Assembly (NCBI GenBank): GCA_963818475.1
Contig: CAWFSF010000005.1
Span: 32,001 to 96,000 of the forward strand
From: Nitrospirota bacterium
GTDB lineage: Bacteria; Nitrospirota; UBA9217
Direction: 5' to 3'
Length of the DNA: 64,000 nt
Position 1 is the first letter of the stretch. Each line of letters starts with the position of its first letter. Under the pieces are notes generated by a model. The model ran no database searches and was not told the origin of the DNA. It was given only the letters and a program-made list of their open reading frames with translations. Below are positions 10,654 to 22,088 of this stretch, piece by piece. A program made the translations under genes and the position numbers.

Positions 10654-12475
10654 CCCCTGCAGTTTCCTTTCCCTGGTTGCAGCCGAGAGTCATGCTGAAC
10701 GCCGTTCCCCTTTCCTCGCTGCTCTCGATGGCGATCCGGCCCCCCTGCTCCTCGATCAACCGTTTGGATATGGCCAGCCCCAGGCCGGTCCCGCCGGACT
10801 TGGTCGTGAAAAAAGGCTGAAAGATCTTGCCCAGGACCGCGGCATCCATCCCCTTGCCGGTATCGGCGATAACAACCGTGACGGCGCAAAGGGCATCATC
10901 AAAGGATGTTTTCAACTGGATCGTGCCGCCTTCGGGCATGGCATCCACGGCATTCATGAGCAGGTTCATAAATACCTGTCTCAGCTGCATGGGGTCGGCG
11001 ATGACCTCGGGAAGGTCCTGCGCAAGGTCCTTCGCCAGATCGATCGTGCGCGAATCGCCGATTGATGGGGGGCGGTTCTGCAGCACCATCTGCGCAGCGG
11101 CATCGAGCACGGCGTTCACATCGGTGGCCATGAATTGCGGTTTGGGAGGCCGTGCGAAATTCAGCAGGCCCTTTAACAAGCCGTCGATGCGCTTGATCTC
11201 ATCAATGACCTTGAAAAGAACGTCCCGGTCCTCCTGCGTGATGTAGGACTCGCCGGCAAGGGTCTCCATGGTCACCTTGATCCCTGCCAGAGGGTTCTTG
11301 ATCTCGTGCGCCAGTCCTGCAGCCAGCACGCCGGTGGTCCTGAGATGTTCGGCCCGCTGAAGCGTCTCTTCCGTACGCTTTCGCTCGGTCATGTCCCGGT
11401 CGATCGCCAGGATATACCGATGATTGTCGAACTCGAACACGCCGGCGCTGATCTCCACGGGGAACACGGTGCCGTCCTTTTTCACATGATTAATTTCGGT
11501 CTTAATCCATTCCCCCTGCAGCAACCGTTTGATCCGTTCGAACGAAAGCTGCGCAGCATCGGGATCATCGATTTCCTGGATATGGAGCGTCATGAGCTCC
11601 TCCACCGTATATCGGTGCATTGCGGCCGCGGACTGGTTGGCGGATACGATCCTGCCCGCGCCTTCCCCTTCGGCATCGAGAATAAAGATGGCGTCAGCCG
11701 CGCTTTCGAACAGCAGGCGGTAGCGGCGTTCGTTCTCCGTTATTTCCCGCAAACGCTCCCGAAGGGCGATGGCCATATCATTGAAAGCGATCGCCAGTTC
11801 CGCGAACTCATGCTTCAGGCCTGCGACCCGGAAATCAAGGTCCCCGGTCTTCAATTGTTTCGTTGCAGCAAGGAGGGTTTGTATCGGTTTGGCAAAACTG
11901 TTGAGTGTCATGAAGCCGAATACAGCGACCATCAGGGGGCCGGCGATGACGAGCAGCAGCACAATGATCTTTGACTGGTTCACCGCCTGCAGGGAGCTGT
12001 CGGTCCGCTCCATGAGCTTCTGGTTGGTCAGTACGATCATGGTGTTGACCTTGCTGATGAGCGAATCGCCAATGACGTGCGCTTTTTGAAGTTCTCCGCG
12101 GGAATGGCCGTCACGGGTGCTCAGGTCCAGCGACTCTTTCAGCTGATAGACCTGGTGCTGCAGATCAGAAAGCCGTTCGGTCACGCTCTGCGTATGGTGG
12201 CACGAGAAACAGGCCTTGATCGCGGCCTCCATGCTGCTCGCGTGGTTCTTCATCGCGTCGGCGCTTTCCGGGTGCGTCGTGGTTTGCGAGTACAGATCTT
12301 CCTGAACCTGGTGAATGTTCAGCAGCAGATGCTCCCGCTGGATCTCGACCTGGTGCAGCATGATCAACTCCTGCAAATTCGATGAGCTTTGTCCGATGGA
12401 ATAGATGAGACCGGCGCCGCCGGCGACGGCGATCAGAGAAAAAATGCTGACTATGATAAGAATTTTCTTTTTCAT
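10643..12475 (-). CDS. Sensor histidine kinase with periplasmic CxxCH, HAMP and PAS domains
   Basis: Probable start MKKKIL at 12475; two TM helices flanking CFSCH; H-box AHEIKNPL, N/G/F boxes (PFFTTK, GTGLGL). Confidence 0.93.
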   Translation of the reverse strand: MKKKILIIVSIFSLIAVAGGAGLIYSIGQSSSNLQELIMLHQVEIQREHLLLNIHQVQEDLYSQTTTHPESADAMKNHASSMEAAIKACFSCHHTQSVTERLSDLQHQVYQLKESLDLSTRDGHSRGELQKAHVIGDSLISKVNTMIVLTNQKLMERTDSSLQAVNQSKIIVLLLVIAGPLMVAVFGFMTLNSFAKPIQTLLAATKQLKTGDLDFRVAGLKHEFAELAIAFNDMAIALRERLREITENERRYRLLFESAADAIFILDAEGEGAGRIVSANQSAAAMHRYTVEELMTLHIQEIDDPDAAQLSFERIKRLLQGEWIKTEINHVKKDGTVFPVEISAGVFEFDNHRYILAIDRDMTERKRTEETLQRAEHLRTTGVLAAGLAHEIKNPLAGIKVTMETLAGESYITQEDRDVLFKVIDEIKRIDGLLKGLLNFARPPKPQFMATDVNAVLDAAAQMVLQNRPPSIGDSRTIDLAKDLAQDLPEVIADPMQLRQVFMNLLMNAVDAMPEGGTIQLKTSFDDALCAVTVVIADTGKGMDAAVLGKIFQPFFTTKSGGTGLGLAISKRLIEEQGGRIAIESSEERGTAFSMTLGCNQGKETAGDEG

Positions 12476-12762
12476 CGTGAAGTTGAGCCGCAAGCACTCT
12501 TTGGTTCCTGCCGGGAGACTGCTTCCGGCACTGAAGCCGCCGCGGTTTATTCCCTGCGGTGACATGTCCAGAGAGGGCATCGGTAATCCTGGTGATAGTA
12601 GCCCAGATGCCTCCTCATGTCAACAGGGTGTACCGGGACGTGCAGAGGTATGCAACCGGTATGCAGCGAAAGGAGGAATGCGAAAACAGGATTGGATGAT
12701 TTTTCAGGACAAGCGGGCTATCGGGCCTGACGACAACAGGTCTCCGTAGATCCCAAAAACGA

Positions 12763-12928
12763 CATTTGGACACGGAAGAATCGGAAACATCTGATTACCA
12801 GAAGTAGGCGCTTCTAAGCGACGCGGATAAATTTCCAAAGCAAAGCATTCACCTATTGGGTAAACCTCTTATAAAAGAAATAATCCGCCGTTATCCGGCT
12901 CTTATCCGTGTTAATCCGTGTCCAAATG
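12763..12928. mobile_element. MITE-like element family A, copy 1
   Basis: 14-bp TIR CATTTGGACACGGA/TCCGTGTCCAAATG; near-identical to 20398-20534. Confidence 0.75.
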
Positions 12929-12975
12929 CTTTTTTAAGGTAGATAGATCTGAACAGGAAGGCCGCGCCAGTTTCC

Positions 12976-13560
12976 CTACCGGCCGGACAGCAAGGCAAAG
13001 ATCCTGCTCCGCAATTCATCCAGGCCAAGGCCGCTGGTCGCGGAAGTGGGAATGATCCTTTCGGTTATTCCCAGGCCCGCGCTGACCGTCTGTTCGGCCC
13101 GCAGGAACTCCTGGCGGTTCAGTTTGTCGGCCTTGGTAAAGACATACACGGCGGGGATATTATAATGTTTGAGCCAGGCGATCATCCGGGCGTCACGTTC
13201 ATCGGGCTCGCGGCGCATATCGAGCAGCACCACGACGGCCCGCAGCTGGTGCGTATCGCGAAGATACTCCTCCAGCATCGGCGCCCAGGTATCGACCACA
13301 TTGCGCGGAACGCGGGCGAACCCGTACCCGGGAAGATCGACAAAGTAGAACTGATCGTTAATGACGAAGAAGTTGATAAGCTGGGTCTTGCCCGGCGTGG
13401 CGCTCGTCTTGACCAGGTGCTTGCGGTTCAGGACGGCATTGATGAGCGAGGATTTTCCGACATTGGACCGGCCGGCGAAGGCGATCTGCGGCCTGCCGTC
13501 TATGGGGCACTGTTTCGAACTCGGGGCGCTGATCACAAACTCGGCGGAAAGTATTTTCAT
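12976..13560 (-). CDS. engB: Ribosome biogenesis GTPase EngB/YihA
   Basis: GRSNVGKSS, DLPGYG, TKADK; downstream of clpX. Confidence 0.95.
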   Translation of the reverse strand: MKILSAEFVISAPSSKQCPIDGRPQIAFAGRSNVGKSSLINAVLNRKHLVKTSATPGKTQLINFFVINDQFYFVDLPGYGFARVPRNVVDTWAPMLEEYLRDTHQLRAVVVLLDMRREPDERDARMIAWLKHYNIPAVYVFTKADKLNRQEFLRAEQTVSAGLGITERIIPTSATSGLGLDELRSRIFALLSGR

Positions 13561-13569
13561 AGGTTTATA

Positions 13570-13655
13570 CAGGAGTCAGGAGCGTGTAGTCAGATAAAAA
13601 AACCAGGAGAGAACCGCATTTACTGGATTCTGACTCCTGGCTTCTGAATACTGTC
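13570..13655. repeat. Inverted short-repeat element between clpX and engB
   Basis: caggagtcaggag...ttctgactcctggcttctgaatact arms with ~7-bp periodicity. Confidence 0.5.
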
Positions 13656-13669
13656 TTTTTATTGTCTTT

Positions 13670-14911
<1,242 letters not shown>

Positions 14912-14915
14912 GACG

Positions 14916-15521
14916 CTATTTCTCCTTCACGGCCCGAGGCAGCTTCTTGGCAATGACCTCGTCAATAAGGCCGTACTGCTTCGCGTCCTCGCCGGACATG
15001 AAAAAGTCCCTGTCCGTATCCGCGTGTATCTTCTCAAGCGGCTGTCCAGTATGGTTCGCCATGATCTGGTTCAGGGTGTCCTTCATCTTCAGGATCTCCC
15101 GGGCATGGATCTCAATGTCCGTGGCCTGCCCCTGGAACCCGCCGAGCGGCTGATGGATCATGATCCGCGCATGGGGAAGGGAGAACCGCTTTCCTTTCGC
15201 TCCTGATCCGAGCAGCAGCGCACCCATGCTTGCGGCCTGACCGATGCAGATGGTCGATACCGGGGACTTGATGTAGTTCATGGTATCGTAGATCGCCAAT
15301 CCTGCCGTCACAATGCCCCCGGGCGAGTTGATGTACAGGAAAATGTCCTTATCCGGATCGTCGGCCTCCAGGAACAACAGCTGGGCGATCACCGTGTTGG
15401 CAACGATATCGTCAATGGCCGTACCCAGGAAGATGATCCGGTCCTTCAGCAGCCGGGAATAAATATCATAGGCCCGCTCGCCCCGGCTTGTTTGCTCAAT
15501 TACCATCGGGATCAATGACAT
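14916..15521 (-). CDS. clpP: Clp protease proteolytic subunit
   Basis: [26 protein letters not shown]. Confidence 0.98.
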   Translation of the reverse strand: MSLIPMVIEQTSRGERAYDIYSRLLKDRIIFLGTAIDDIVANTVIAQLLFLEADDPDKDIFLYINSPGGIVTAGLAIYDTMNYIKSPVSTICIGQAASMGALLLGSGAKGKRFSLPHARIMIHQPLGGFQGQATDIEIHAREILKMKDTLNQIMANHTGQPLEKIHADTDRDFFMSGEDAKQYGLIDEVIAKKLPRAVKEK

Positions 15522-15607
15522 GCCTTCTCCTTCATCGCCCTGCGTCCGCTCAGAACACCCGATCTGCGCACGCAGGGTACTACCTGCATCGCCTGAACTT
15601 CAGGCAA

Positions 15608-16892
15608 TTAATTATAACTCTTCTTCGCCCGGGAAAGCAAGAGGGTCAGGGTCTTCTCCTGCACCAGCGAGGACCGCAGATTTTCGAGTCCGCCGTCGAC
15701 GGAGTCGTAGTATTTCCTGATGGCCTCCACCGACTGCTTTGATGACCGGGCCATTGCCGCGATGGCCGAGGTGACCTCAGCTTCGCTCACTTCCACTTTT
15801 TCCTTGTCTGCGATCGTGTCCAGGATCAGGACACCCTTGACACGCTGTTCGGACAGGGCTTTATGTTCTTCAATGAACTTCGCCGCATCGAAGGATTTGA
15901 CATCCATCCCCTGCCGCGCCATGCGGGTTGCCTGCTTGCGCATCATGGACTGAAGCTCACGTTCCACCATGCCGGGAGGAACGTCGAACTGGTGGCTGTC
16001 GATGAGCTTCGAGAGCAGCTCTTCCCGCTGGGCCGAGGTCTGCTCGTCGCGCTTTCTCAGCTCGAGGTCCTTCTTGATCCCCGCCTTGAGTTCGTCAAGG
16101 GACTTGTCGCCGCCGATGTCCTTCGCAAATTCGTCGTTCAGTTCAGGCAGCACCTTTTTCTTGATCTCTTTCAAGGTGACCGTGAAGGCCGCGTCCTTGC
16201 CCGCCAGTGCCGCACTGCTGTAATCCTTCGGGAAGGTGACCTTGATCTTGCGCGTCTCGCCCTTGTTCATGCCCACCAGCTGTTCCTCGAAGCCCGGGAT
16301 CAGCGAGTTCGTGCCGAGGGCAAGCATGTGGTCCGCTGCCTTGGCGCCCTCGATGGACTTGCCGCTGTCGTCAAACCCTTCAAAATCGATGATGGCCGTA
16401 TCGGTCTTGTCGAGCGGCCTGCCCTCGACGACCTCGAGCTGTGCATACATCTCCCGCAAACGGTCCAGGGTCTCGTTGAGTTCGCCGTCCGTGACCTCAA
16501 GCGCTCTGTTCCTTCACTTCGATGCCGTCGTAGGTGCCGAGCTCGATGACCGGCCGAACCTCAACCGTTGCAACAAAGGTGAGCGGAGCGCCTTTGGCCA
16601 GCGGCGAGACATCGCTGATCTGCGGCACATCCACGGGATTCAGGCTGTTTTGTTCCAGGGTCCGGAGATAGTGCTCGCTCACGAGCCGCTGCAGCACTTC
16701 GGACCGCACCTCGTCGCCGTAGTGCTTCTCTACAATGGCCTTCGGCGCTTTGCCGGGCCGAAAACCGGGGATCTTTGCCGTTTTGGAGACTTCCGCGATC
16801 GCCCGGGCGATTTCCTTATCCACGGCTTCCGGGGAAACTTCGATCGAGATCTTTTTCTTCAGGGTTCCGATATCTTCTACAACAGCTTTCAT
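15608..16892 (-). CDS. tig: Trigger factor (frameshift near 16505)
   Basis: GFRPGKAP signature, FKBP domain LIPGFEEQL; upstream of clpP. Confidence 0.93.
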
Positions 16893-17027
16893 GGCTTGTC
16901 CACCTTTGCTTGAGCGTTCTTACTTATGAGTTGGGATCGTTGTGATCGTTCGAATGTAGAGCGTGTGCGGGAACTGCGTTACCTTCGGTAGCCGGGGGCT
17001 GGGACGTGATTCCGCACAGAGAACAAC

Positions 17028-17110
17028 TGGTGCGAGAGGGGGGACTTGAACCCCCACGGTCGCCCACCAGATCCTAAGTCTGGCGCGTCTGCCAGTTCCG
17101 CCACTCTCGC
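17028..17110 (-). tRNA. tRNA-Leu(TAG)
   Basis: Cloverleaf, CCAGA-CTTAGGA-TCTGG anticodon arm, variable arm, CCA end. Confidence 0.95.
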
Positions 17111-17190
17111 TCCATAACAACGAGAGCAGTGTGCCATCAAGCAGATCCACGACTCGCTGCCTGCTGCTCACTGCTCCCTGTGTGTTTTTA

Positions 17191-17266
<76 letters not shown>

Positions 17267-17360
17267 ATAAATTAACTTTTGTGGAACCAGATGCAAAACG
17301 GAACCATTATACTTATCTTTGACCACAGATGCAACTAAAAACGTAATTCGTGTGAAATTT

Positions 17361-17437
17361 TGGTGCGCCCGGCGGGAGTCGGACCCACGACCTTTGGCTT
17401 CGGAGGCCAACGCTCTATCCAGCTGAGCTACGGGCGC
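17361..17437 (-). tRNA. tRNA-Arg(CCG)
   Basis: TTGGC-CTCCGAA-GCCAA anticodon arm, CCA end; T-loop reads TCCGA. Confidence 0.9.
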
Positions 17438-17443
17438 ATCTTA

Positions 17444-17525
17444 AATTCGGAATGGCGAATTCGGAATTGCGGATTGTTCTTGTTGCGGTTTCATTCCGCA
17501 ATCCGCAATTCGCCATTCAGCATTG
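17444..17525. repeat. Inverted heptamer-repeat element (AATCCGC family)
   Basis: aattcgg-aatggcg-aattcgg-aattgcg left arm; aatccgc-aattcgc-cattcag right arm. Confidence 0.75.
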
Positions 17526-17531
17526 ACTTTC

Positions 17532-17608
<77 letters not shown>

Positions 17609-17630
17609 ATAACAAGCCTCTTAAAACGTT

Positions 17631-17659
17631 GTAGAGACGGCCGACGCGACCGTCTCTAC
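17631..17659. repeat. GTAG-type REP-like palindrome
   Basis: GTAGAGACGG...CCGTCTCTAC. Confidence 0.6.
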
Positions 17660-17669
17660 GATCAAAAAT

Positions 17670-17746
17670 TGGGGTGAGCGACGGGGCTTGAACCCGCGGC
17701 CACCAGGGCCACAACCTGGAGCTCTACCAACTGAGCTACGCCCACC
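17670..17746 (-). tRNA. tRNA-His(GTG)
   Basis: CCAGG-TTGTGGC-CCTGG anticodon arm, G-1, CCCA end. Confidence 0.95.
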
Positions 17747-17791
17747 ATGAATCTACATCGGACAGTTTATTTCAGATTGCAGAATGACGTC

Positions 17792-17820
17792 ATTTTATAG
17801 ATTACCGCACGATTTGTCAA
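17792..17820 (-). promoter_or_regulatory. Sigma70 promoter upstream of tRNA-His
   Basis: TTGACA-17-TAAAAT. Confidence 0.7.
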
Positions 17821-17865
17821 TAAACAATCCGCATGCAGCGATCTAAATTCCGCATTTTATTCTAT

Positions 17866-17942
17866 TGGTGCGCCTGACGGGATTCGAACCCATGGCCCAC
17901 AGCTTAGAAGGCTGTTGCTCTATCCAACTGAGCTACAGGCGC
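17866..17942 (-). tRNA. tRNA-Arg(TCT)
   Basis: ACAGC-CTTCTAA-GCTGT anticodon arm, CCA end. Confidence 0.95.
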
Positions 17943-17951
17943 GATCGTAAT

Positions 17952-18028
17952 TGGTCGGGGCGAGAGGATTTGAACCTCCGGCTTTCTGCTCCCAAAGCAG
18001 ACGCGCTACCGGGCTGCGCCACGCCCCG
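17952..18028 (-). tRNA. tRNA-Pro(TGG)
   Basis: TCTGC-TTTGGGA-GCAGA anticodon arm, CCA end. Confidence 0.95.
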
Positions 18029-18068
18029 CGAGGATAGGCCAAAAAAATCGCTGATTCCGCACCGGCCT

Positions 18069-18097
18069 ATAATACTCAGCAAGCCATTCATTGTCAA
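18069..18097 (-). promoter_or_regulatory. Sigma70 promoter of the tRNA cluster
   Basis: TTGACA-17-TATTAT about 40 bp upstream of tRNA-Pro. Confidence 0.75.
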
Positions 18098-18211
18098 GCG
18101 CTATATGCAATAATTATACATATTTTTCAGCACCATCGGGACGGTAGCAGCCTTGGCCCGGCCTTTTCATTCCTTCGCCCTTTTCCCTTGAATTGACCGG
18201 CTTTTTGTACT

Positions 18212-18478
18212 ATGATGAGCGCCATGGAAGAGCGGATCGGATCGGTGATCAGGTTTTTTGATAAAACCTCTGTGGCGGCGGTAAAACTGGATTTCGGCGA
18301 ACTCTGCCTTGGCGACAACGTGCGCATCAAGGGGCCGTCCACCGATTTCATGCAGCCGGTGGATGCCATGGAATTCGATCACAAGCCGGTGCAAAAGGCC
18401 CTGCGCGGCCAGTTCACCGGGCTCAAGCTCTCCCAGCCTGCAAAGCCCTTTGACCTCGTCTACAAGGTCACGGGCTGA
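18212..18478 (+). CDS. Small translation-factor-like beta-barrel protein
   Basis: IG.V..FF.K..VA, GD.V.IKG, V..ME.DH.PV..A..GQ..GLK pattern. Confidence 0.65.
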   Translation: MMSAMEERIGSVIRFFDKTSVAAVKLDFGELCLGDNVRIKGPSTDFMQPVDAMEFDHKPVQKALRGQFTGLKLSQPAKPFDLVYKVTG

Positions 18479-18489
18479 ATCTCCCCGAT

Positions 18490-19461
18490 ATGCTTGCCTA
18501 TACGCTAAAGCGCCTGCTCCTGATGATCCCCATCCTGATCGGCATCACCGTGCTCAGCTTCGGCATCATGCGGCTCGCTCCGGGCGGTCCCGCCGAGGCG
18601 CAGATGGAATTCTCGGCCAAGGCCTCGGCAGAGGCGCGGGAACGGCTCCGGAAGCTTTACGGTGCCGACCAGCCCTTCTACAAACAGTATGCAACCTGGC
18701 TCCAAAAGTTCGTGACCCTCGATTTCGGCACCGCCTTTGCCGACGGCCGCAAGGTCAAGGACAAGATCCTCGAACGCCTTCCGATCACGCTCGCGATCAA
18801 CCTGCTCTCGCTCGGACTGGTGCTGCTCATCGCCATCCCTATCGGCATTCTGTCGGCGACCCGGCAATACTCCCTGCTCGACCGGTTCACGACGATGTTC
18901 GTCTTCGTCGGATTCTCCACGCCCTCGTTCTGGCTTGCCTTACTGCTCATTTACCTCTTCGGCGTGCAGTGGGGCATCCTGCCGATCTCCGGCATCCAGA
19001 GCCTTGATACCACGGGGCTCACCATGTGGGGCAGGCTCTCGGACTGGGGGCTGCACCTGGTGCTGCCGGTCTTCGTCTCGGCCTTCGGCGGCCTGGCAGG
19101 TTTTTCACGCTACGTACGGAACAACATGCTCGAGGTAATGCGCCAGGACTACATCCGCACGGCCCGCGCCAAAGGGTTGACGGAATCTGCCGTTATTTAC
19201 AAACATGCTCTCCGGAATGCACTCATGCCGGTCATCACCATTCTCGGACTTTCCCTGCCCGGCATCATCGGCGGCAGCGTGATCATGGAACAGGTCTTCG
19301 GCATCCCGGGCATGGGGCAGCTCATGTTCCAGTCAGTGATGTCACGGGATTACAATCTCGTCATGGGCATCCTCGTGCCCGCGGCGTTCCTCACCATGCT
19401 CGGCAATTTCCTTGCGGACATCGGGTATGCTTTTGCGGACCCGCGGGTGAGATTGAAGTAA
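18490..19461 (+). CDS. Peptide ABC transporter permease (OppB/DppB family)
   Basis: RLAPGGP, DYIRTARAKGL, HALRNA. Confidence 0.93.
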   Translation: MLAYTLKRLLLMIPILIGITVLSFGIMRLAPGGPAEAQMEFSAKASAEARERLRKLYGADQPFYKQYATWLQKFVTLDFGTAFADGRKVKDKILERLPITLAINLLSLGLVLLIAIPIGILSATRQYSLLDRFTTMFVFVGFSTPSFWLALLLIYLFGVQWGILPISGIQSLDTTGLTMWGRLSDWGLHLVLPVFVSAFGGLAGFSRYVRNNMLEVMRQDYIRTARAKGLTESAVIYKHALRNALMPVITILGLSLPGIIGGSVIMEQVFGIPGMGQLMFQSVMSRDYNLVMGILVPAAFLTMLGNFLADIGYAFADPRVRLK

Positions 19462-19489
19462 TGCGGCTTGCGGAACAGCAAAAACGGAC

Positions 19490-20343
19490 ATGAATAACGC
19501 GGAATCCTTCACATCCCAGACGCTTCATTACTTGATGAGAGAACAAGCTCGCGGTCATCGGCGGCGATGCTCGTGCTGCTCGTCTTCATTTTGTCCATCT
19601 TTGCGCCGCTCATCGCTCCCTACAATCCTTCCACGATCGACATCAAAAGCATCCTGGTGGGCCCCAGCTCTTCGCACTGGCTCGGCACCGACGACCTCGG
19701 CAGAGACGTGCTCTCGCGCATGCTCTGGGGCGGCAGGATCTCGCTCGAGGTCGGGTTCGTCGCCGTCGGCATCGCCACGATCATCGGCATCATCCTCGGC
19801 TCGCTCGCGGGATTCTACGGCGGCTGGATCGACAGCCTGATCATGCGCGCCGTGGACATCATGCTGAGCATTCCCACGATCTTCCTCATCCTCGCCGTGA
19901 TCGCGATTCTCGAACCGAGCATCATCAACATCATGATCATCATCGGCCTCACCAGCTGGATGGAGCCCGCCCGGCTCATCCGCGCCGAGTTCATCACGCT
20001 CAAGGAGCGCGAATTCGTGGTCGCCGCTCATGCCATCGGCGCCACGGACAGCCGCATCATCATGAAGCATGTCCTGCCCAACGGCCTCTCGCCCATCCTC
20101 GTCTCCGCCACCATGGGCATCGGCGGCGCCATCCTCGTGGAATCGGCCCTGAGCTTTCTCGGCCTCGGCGTCCAGCCCCCGACCCCGAGCTGGGGCAGCC
20201 TGCTCTCAGCGGGCAAGGACAATATCGAGATCGCCTGGTGGCTGTCGGCATTTCCGGGACTTGCCATACTCATTACCGTGCTGGGCTACAATTTGTTAGG
20301 CGAAGGTATCAGGGATGCGCTGGACCCGCGGCAACGGGAGTAG
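19490..20343 (+). CDS. Peptide ABC transporter permease (OppC/DppC family), N-terminal frameshift
   Basis: HWLGTDDLGRD, ESALSFLGLG, GEGIRDALDP. Confidence 0.9.
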
Positions 20344-20397
20344 TAGTTCTTCCCGATGTCGATGTCTCGTCATGCGCAGGTATAATCCTAAAAACGG

Positions 20398-20534
20398 CAT
20401 TTGGACACGGAAGAATCGGAAACATCTGATTAACGCGGATAAATTCTAAAGCAAAGCATTCACCTATTGGGTGAACATAAAAGAAATAATCCGCCGTTAT
20501 CCGGCTCTTATCCGTGTTAATCCGTGTCCAAATG
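20398..20534. mobile_element. MITE-like element family A, copy 2
   Basis: Same TIR and internal sequence as 12763-12928, lacking a ~24-bp internal hairpin. Confidence 0.75.
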
Positions 20535-20558
20535 CTTTTTTAAGGATAATCGTTCATC

Positions 20559-20963
20559 ATGTCCTTCGTCCTTATCGACTACACTCCCTTCTACTACACT
20601 TCCCTCGCCGGAGCACCTGTGCCGGCCGTCGCCATTGGCAAGTTCGTCCAGGTCAGGAACGGAAATACGCTGTATCTTGTTCTCTCGCCCAAGGAGTTCA
20701 CGAAGTACCACGCGAATATCGTCGAACGGTTCTGCATGGACAAGGGCATCGAGGGAAGCTACGATGCGAAACGGGAGAAGTTCACGATCACTGACCACGA
20801 GTGGCAAATCGTCGGCGGGGGTAAGTTCGAGCGGGACGCAAATAAAAAGACCATCAAGCTGTACGACGACTCGATGGCCTACGGAAAGTTCGACGCGACG
20901 GGGCTGAAGGAAATTCTCGGTGCGCTCCCCGAATTCTCCGGTTACACCATCACCATCGAATAG
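20559..20963 (+). CDS. Hypothetical protein (134 aa)
   Basis: Codon usage and composition plausible; no family recognised. Confidence 0.65.
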   Translation: MSFVLIDYTPFYYTSLAGAPVPAVAIGKFVQVRNGNTLYLVLSPKEFTKYHANIVERFCMDKGIEGSYDAKREKFTITDHEWQIVGGGKFERDANKKTIKLYDDSMAYGKFDATGLKEILGALPEFSGYTITIE

Positions 20964-20984
20964 GAAAGCGCTCCTGCCTCACTC

Positions 20985-22025
20985 TTACGGTTGCTTCACT
21001 TGATTGGCCAGCGCCTTCCTCTGGTTCGACCGGTACCTGCCGATAGCCTTCTCATGATCGCCGAAATCCTTCGAGAAAAAATGGCTGCCGTCGCCCTGGG
21101 CCACAAAGAACAGGTAGTCGACGTTCTCCGGATAAAGCGCGGCAAGAATCGCGCCGCGTCCGGGGTTCGCGATGGGGCCGGGAGGGAGTCCTTTGTGGAG
21201 ATAGGTGTTGTAGGGGGACTTTCGCTTCAGATCCGACCGGGTGACCCTGGTGATCCATGCCTTGGTGCCGTAGACCGCGGTAGGGTCGGCCTGGAGCCTC
21301 ATGCCGATCTTTAGCCGGTTGTGGTATACCGCTGCAATGAGCTTTCGCTCCGAATCCACCTTTGCTTCCTTTTCAACGATCGATGCAAGCGTCAGCACCT
21401 GGCCTTCCGTAAAACCGAGCGACCTGGCGCGATCGCGGTAGCTGTCATCGAAAACCGCTCTATAGCGCTGCACCATCCTCCTCGGAATATCTTCGAGCTT
21501 GATCCCTTTCGGCAGATAGTACGTATCAGGGAATAAATAGCCTTCCAGCGTATCAGCCTCAACGCCCAACGAGCGGACATAGTCCTTATTTTTCACCAGG
21601 GTTATGAACTGCTGCGGGTCCGCTATGAGCGGCGTGCCGGAAAGCGTCCAGCCGATCTGGTAGAGGTTGTACCCCTCGGGGATCACCACTTCGTACTCGA
21701 TGATCCTGCCCTTGCGCATCGCCTCGAGCACTTCCCACATGTTCATGTTCGTGTTCAGTCCGTAGAACCCTGTGCGGACCTTCCGGCTGATGCCCTGAAG
21801 GCGTCCAATGATCTCGAAATAACCGCGGTAGCGGATGATCCCCTCTTTCTGGAGCATGGCAGTGATCGCCTTGAAGCTCATGCCATCGGTCACCTGCACC
21901 TCCTTCCAGACCGCTTCCTTTGAGGGGGGAACAAAGAGCGCCGTGTAAAAATGGACCAGGATCACCAGCGCTGCCGTTGCCATGAGAAAGGTCAGTACCG
22001 AGTGCTGCCTGATCCAGGTCTTCAT
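20985..22025 (-). CDS. mltG: Endolytic transglycosylase MltG
   Basis: LEGYLFPDTY, LASIVEKE, LQADPT, SPYNTY, GLPPGPI. Confidence 0.95.
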   Translation of the reverse strand: MKTWIRQHSVLTFLMATAALVILVHFYTALFVPPSKEAVWKEVQVTDGMSFKAITAMLQKEGIIRYRGYFEIIGRLQGISRKVRTGFYGLNTNMNMWEVLEAMRKGRIIEYEVVIPEGYNLYQIGWTLSGTPLIADPQQFITLVKNKDYVRSLGVEADTLEGYLFPDTYYLPKGIKLEDIPRRMVQRYRAVFDDSYRDRARSLGFTEGQVLTLASIVEKEAKVDSERKLIAAVYHNRLKIGMRLQADPTAVYGTKAWITRVTRSDLKRKSPYNTYLHKGLPPGPIANPGRGAILAALYPENVDYLFFVAQGDGSHFFSKDFGDHEKAIGRYRSNQRKALANQVKQP

Positions 22026-22088
22026 CTTTTTAAAGGGCGGACGCGATGGCGCGGCCGCGTTATTTCTTTTTTCATGGGAGATCCCTTC

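Noticed and set aside
12640-12670. Sigma54 promoter for the sensor kinase
   Set aside because: TTGCA is present but the -24 GG is missing at the required spacing.
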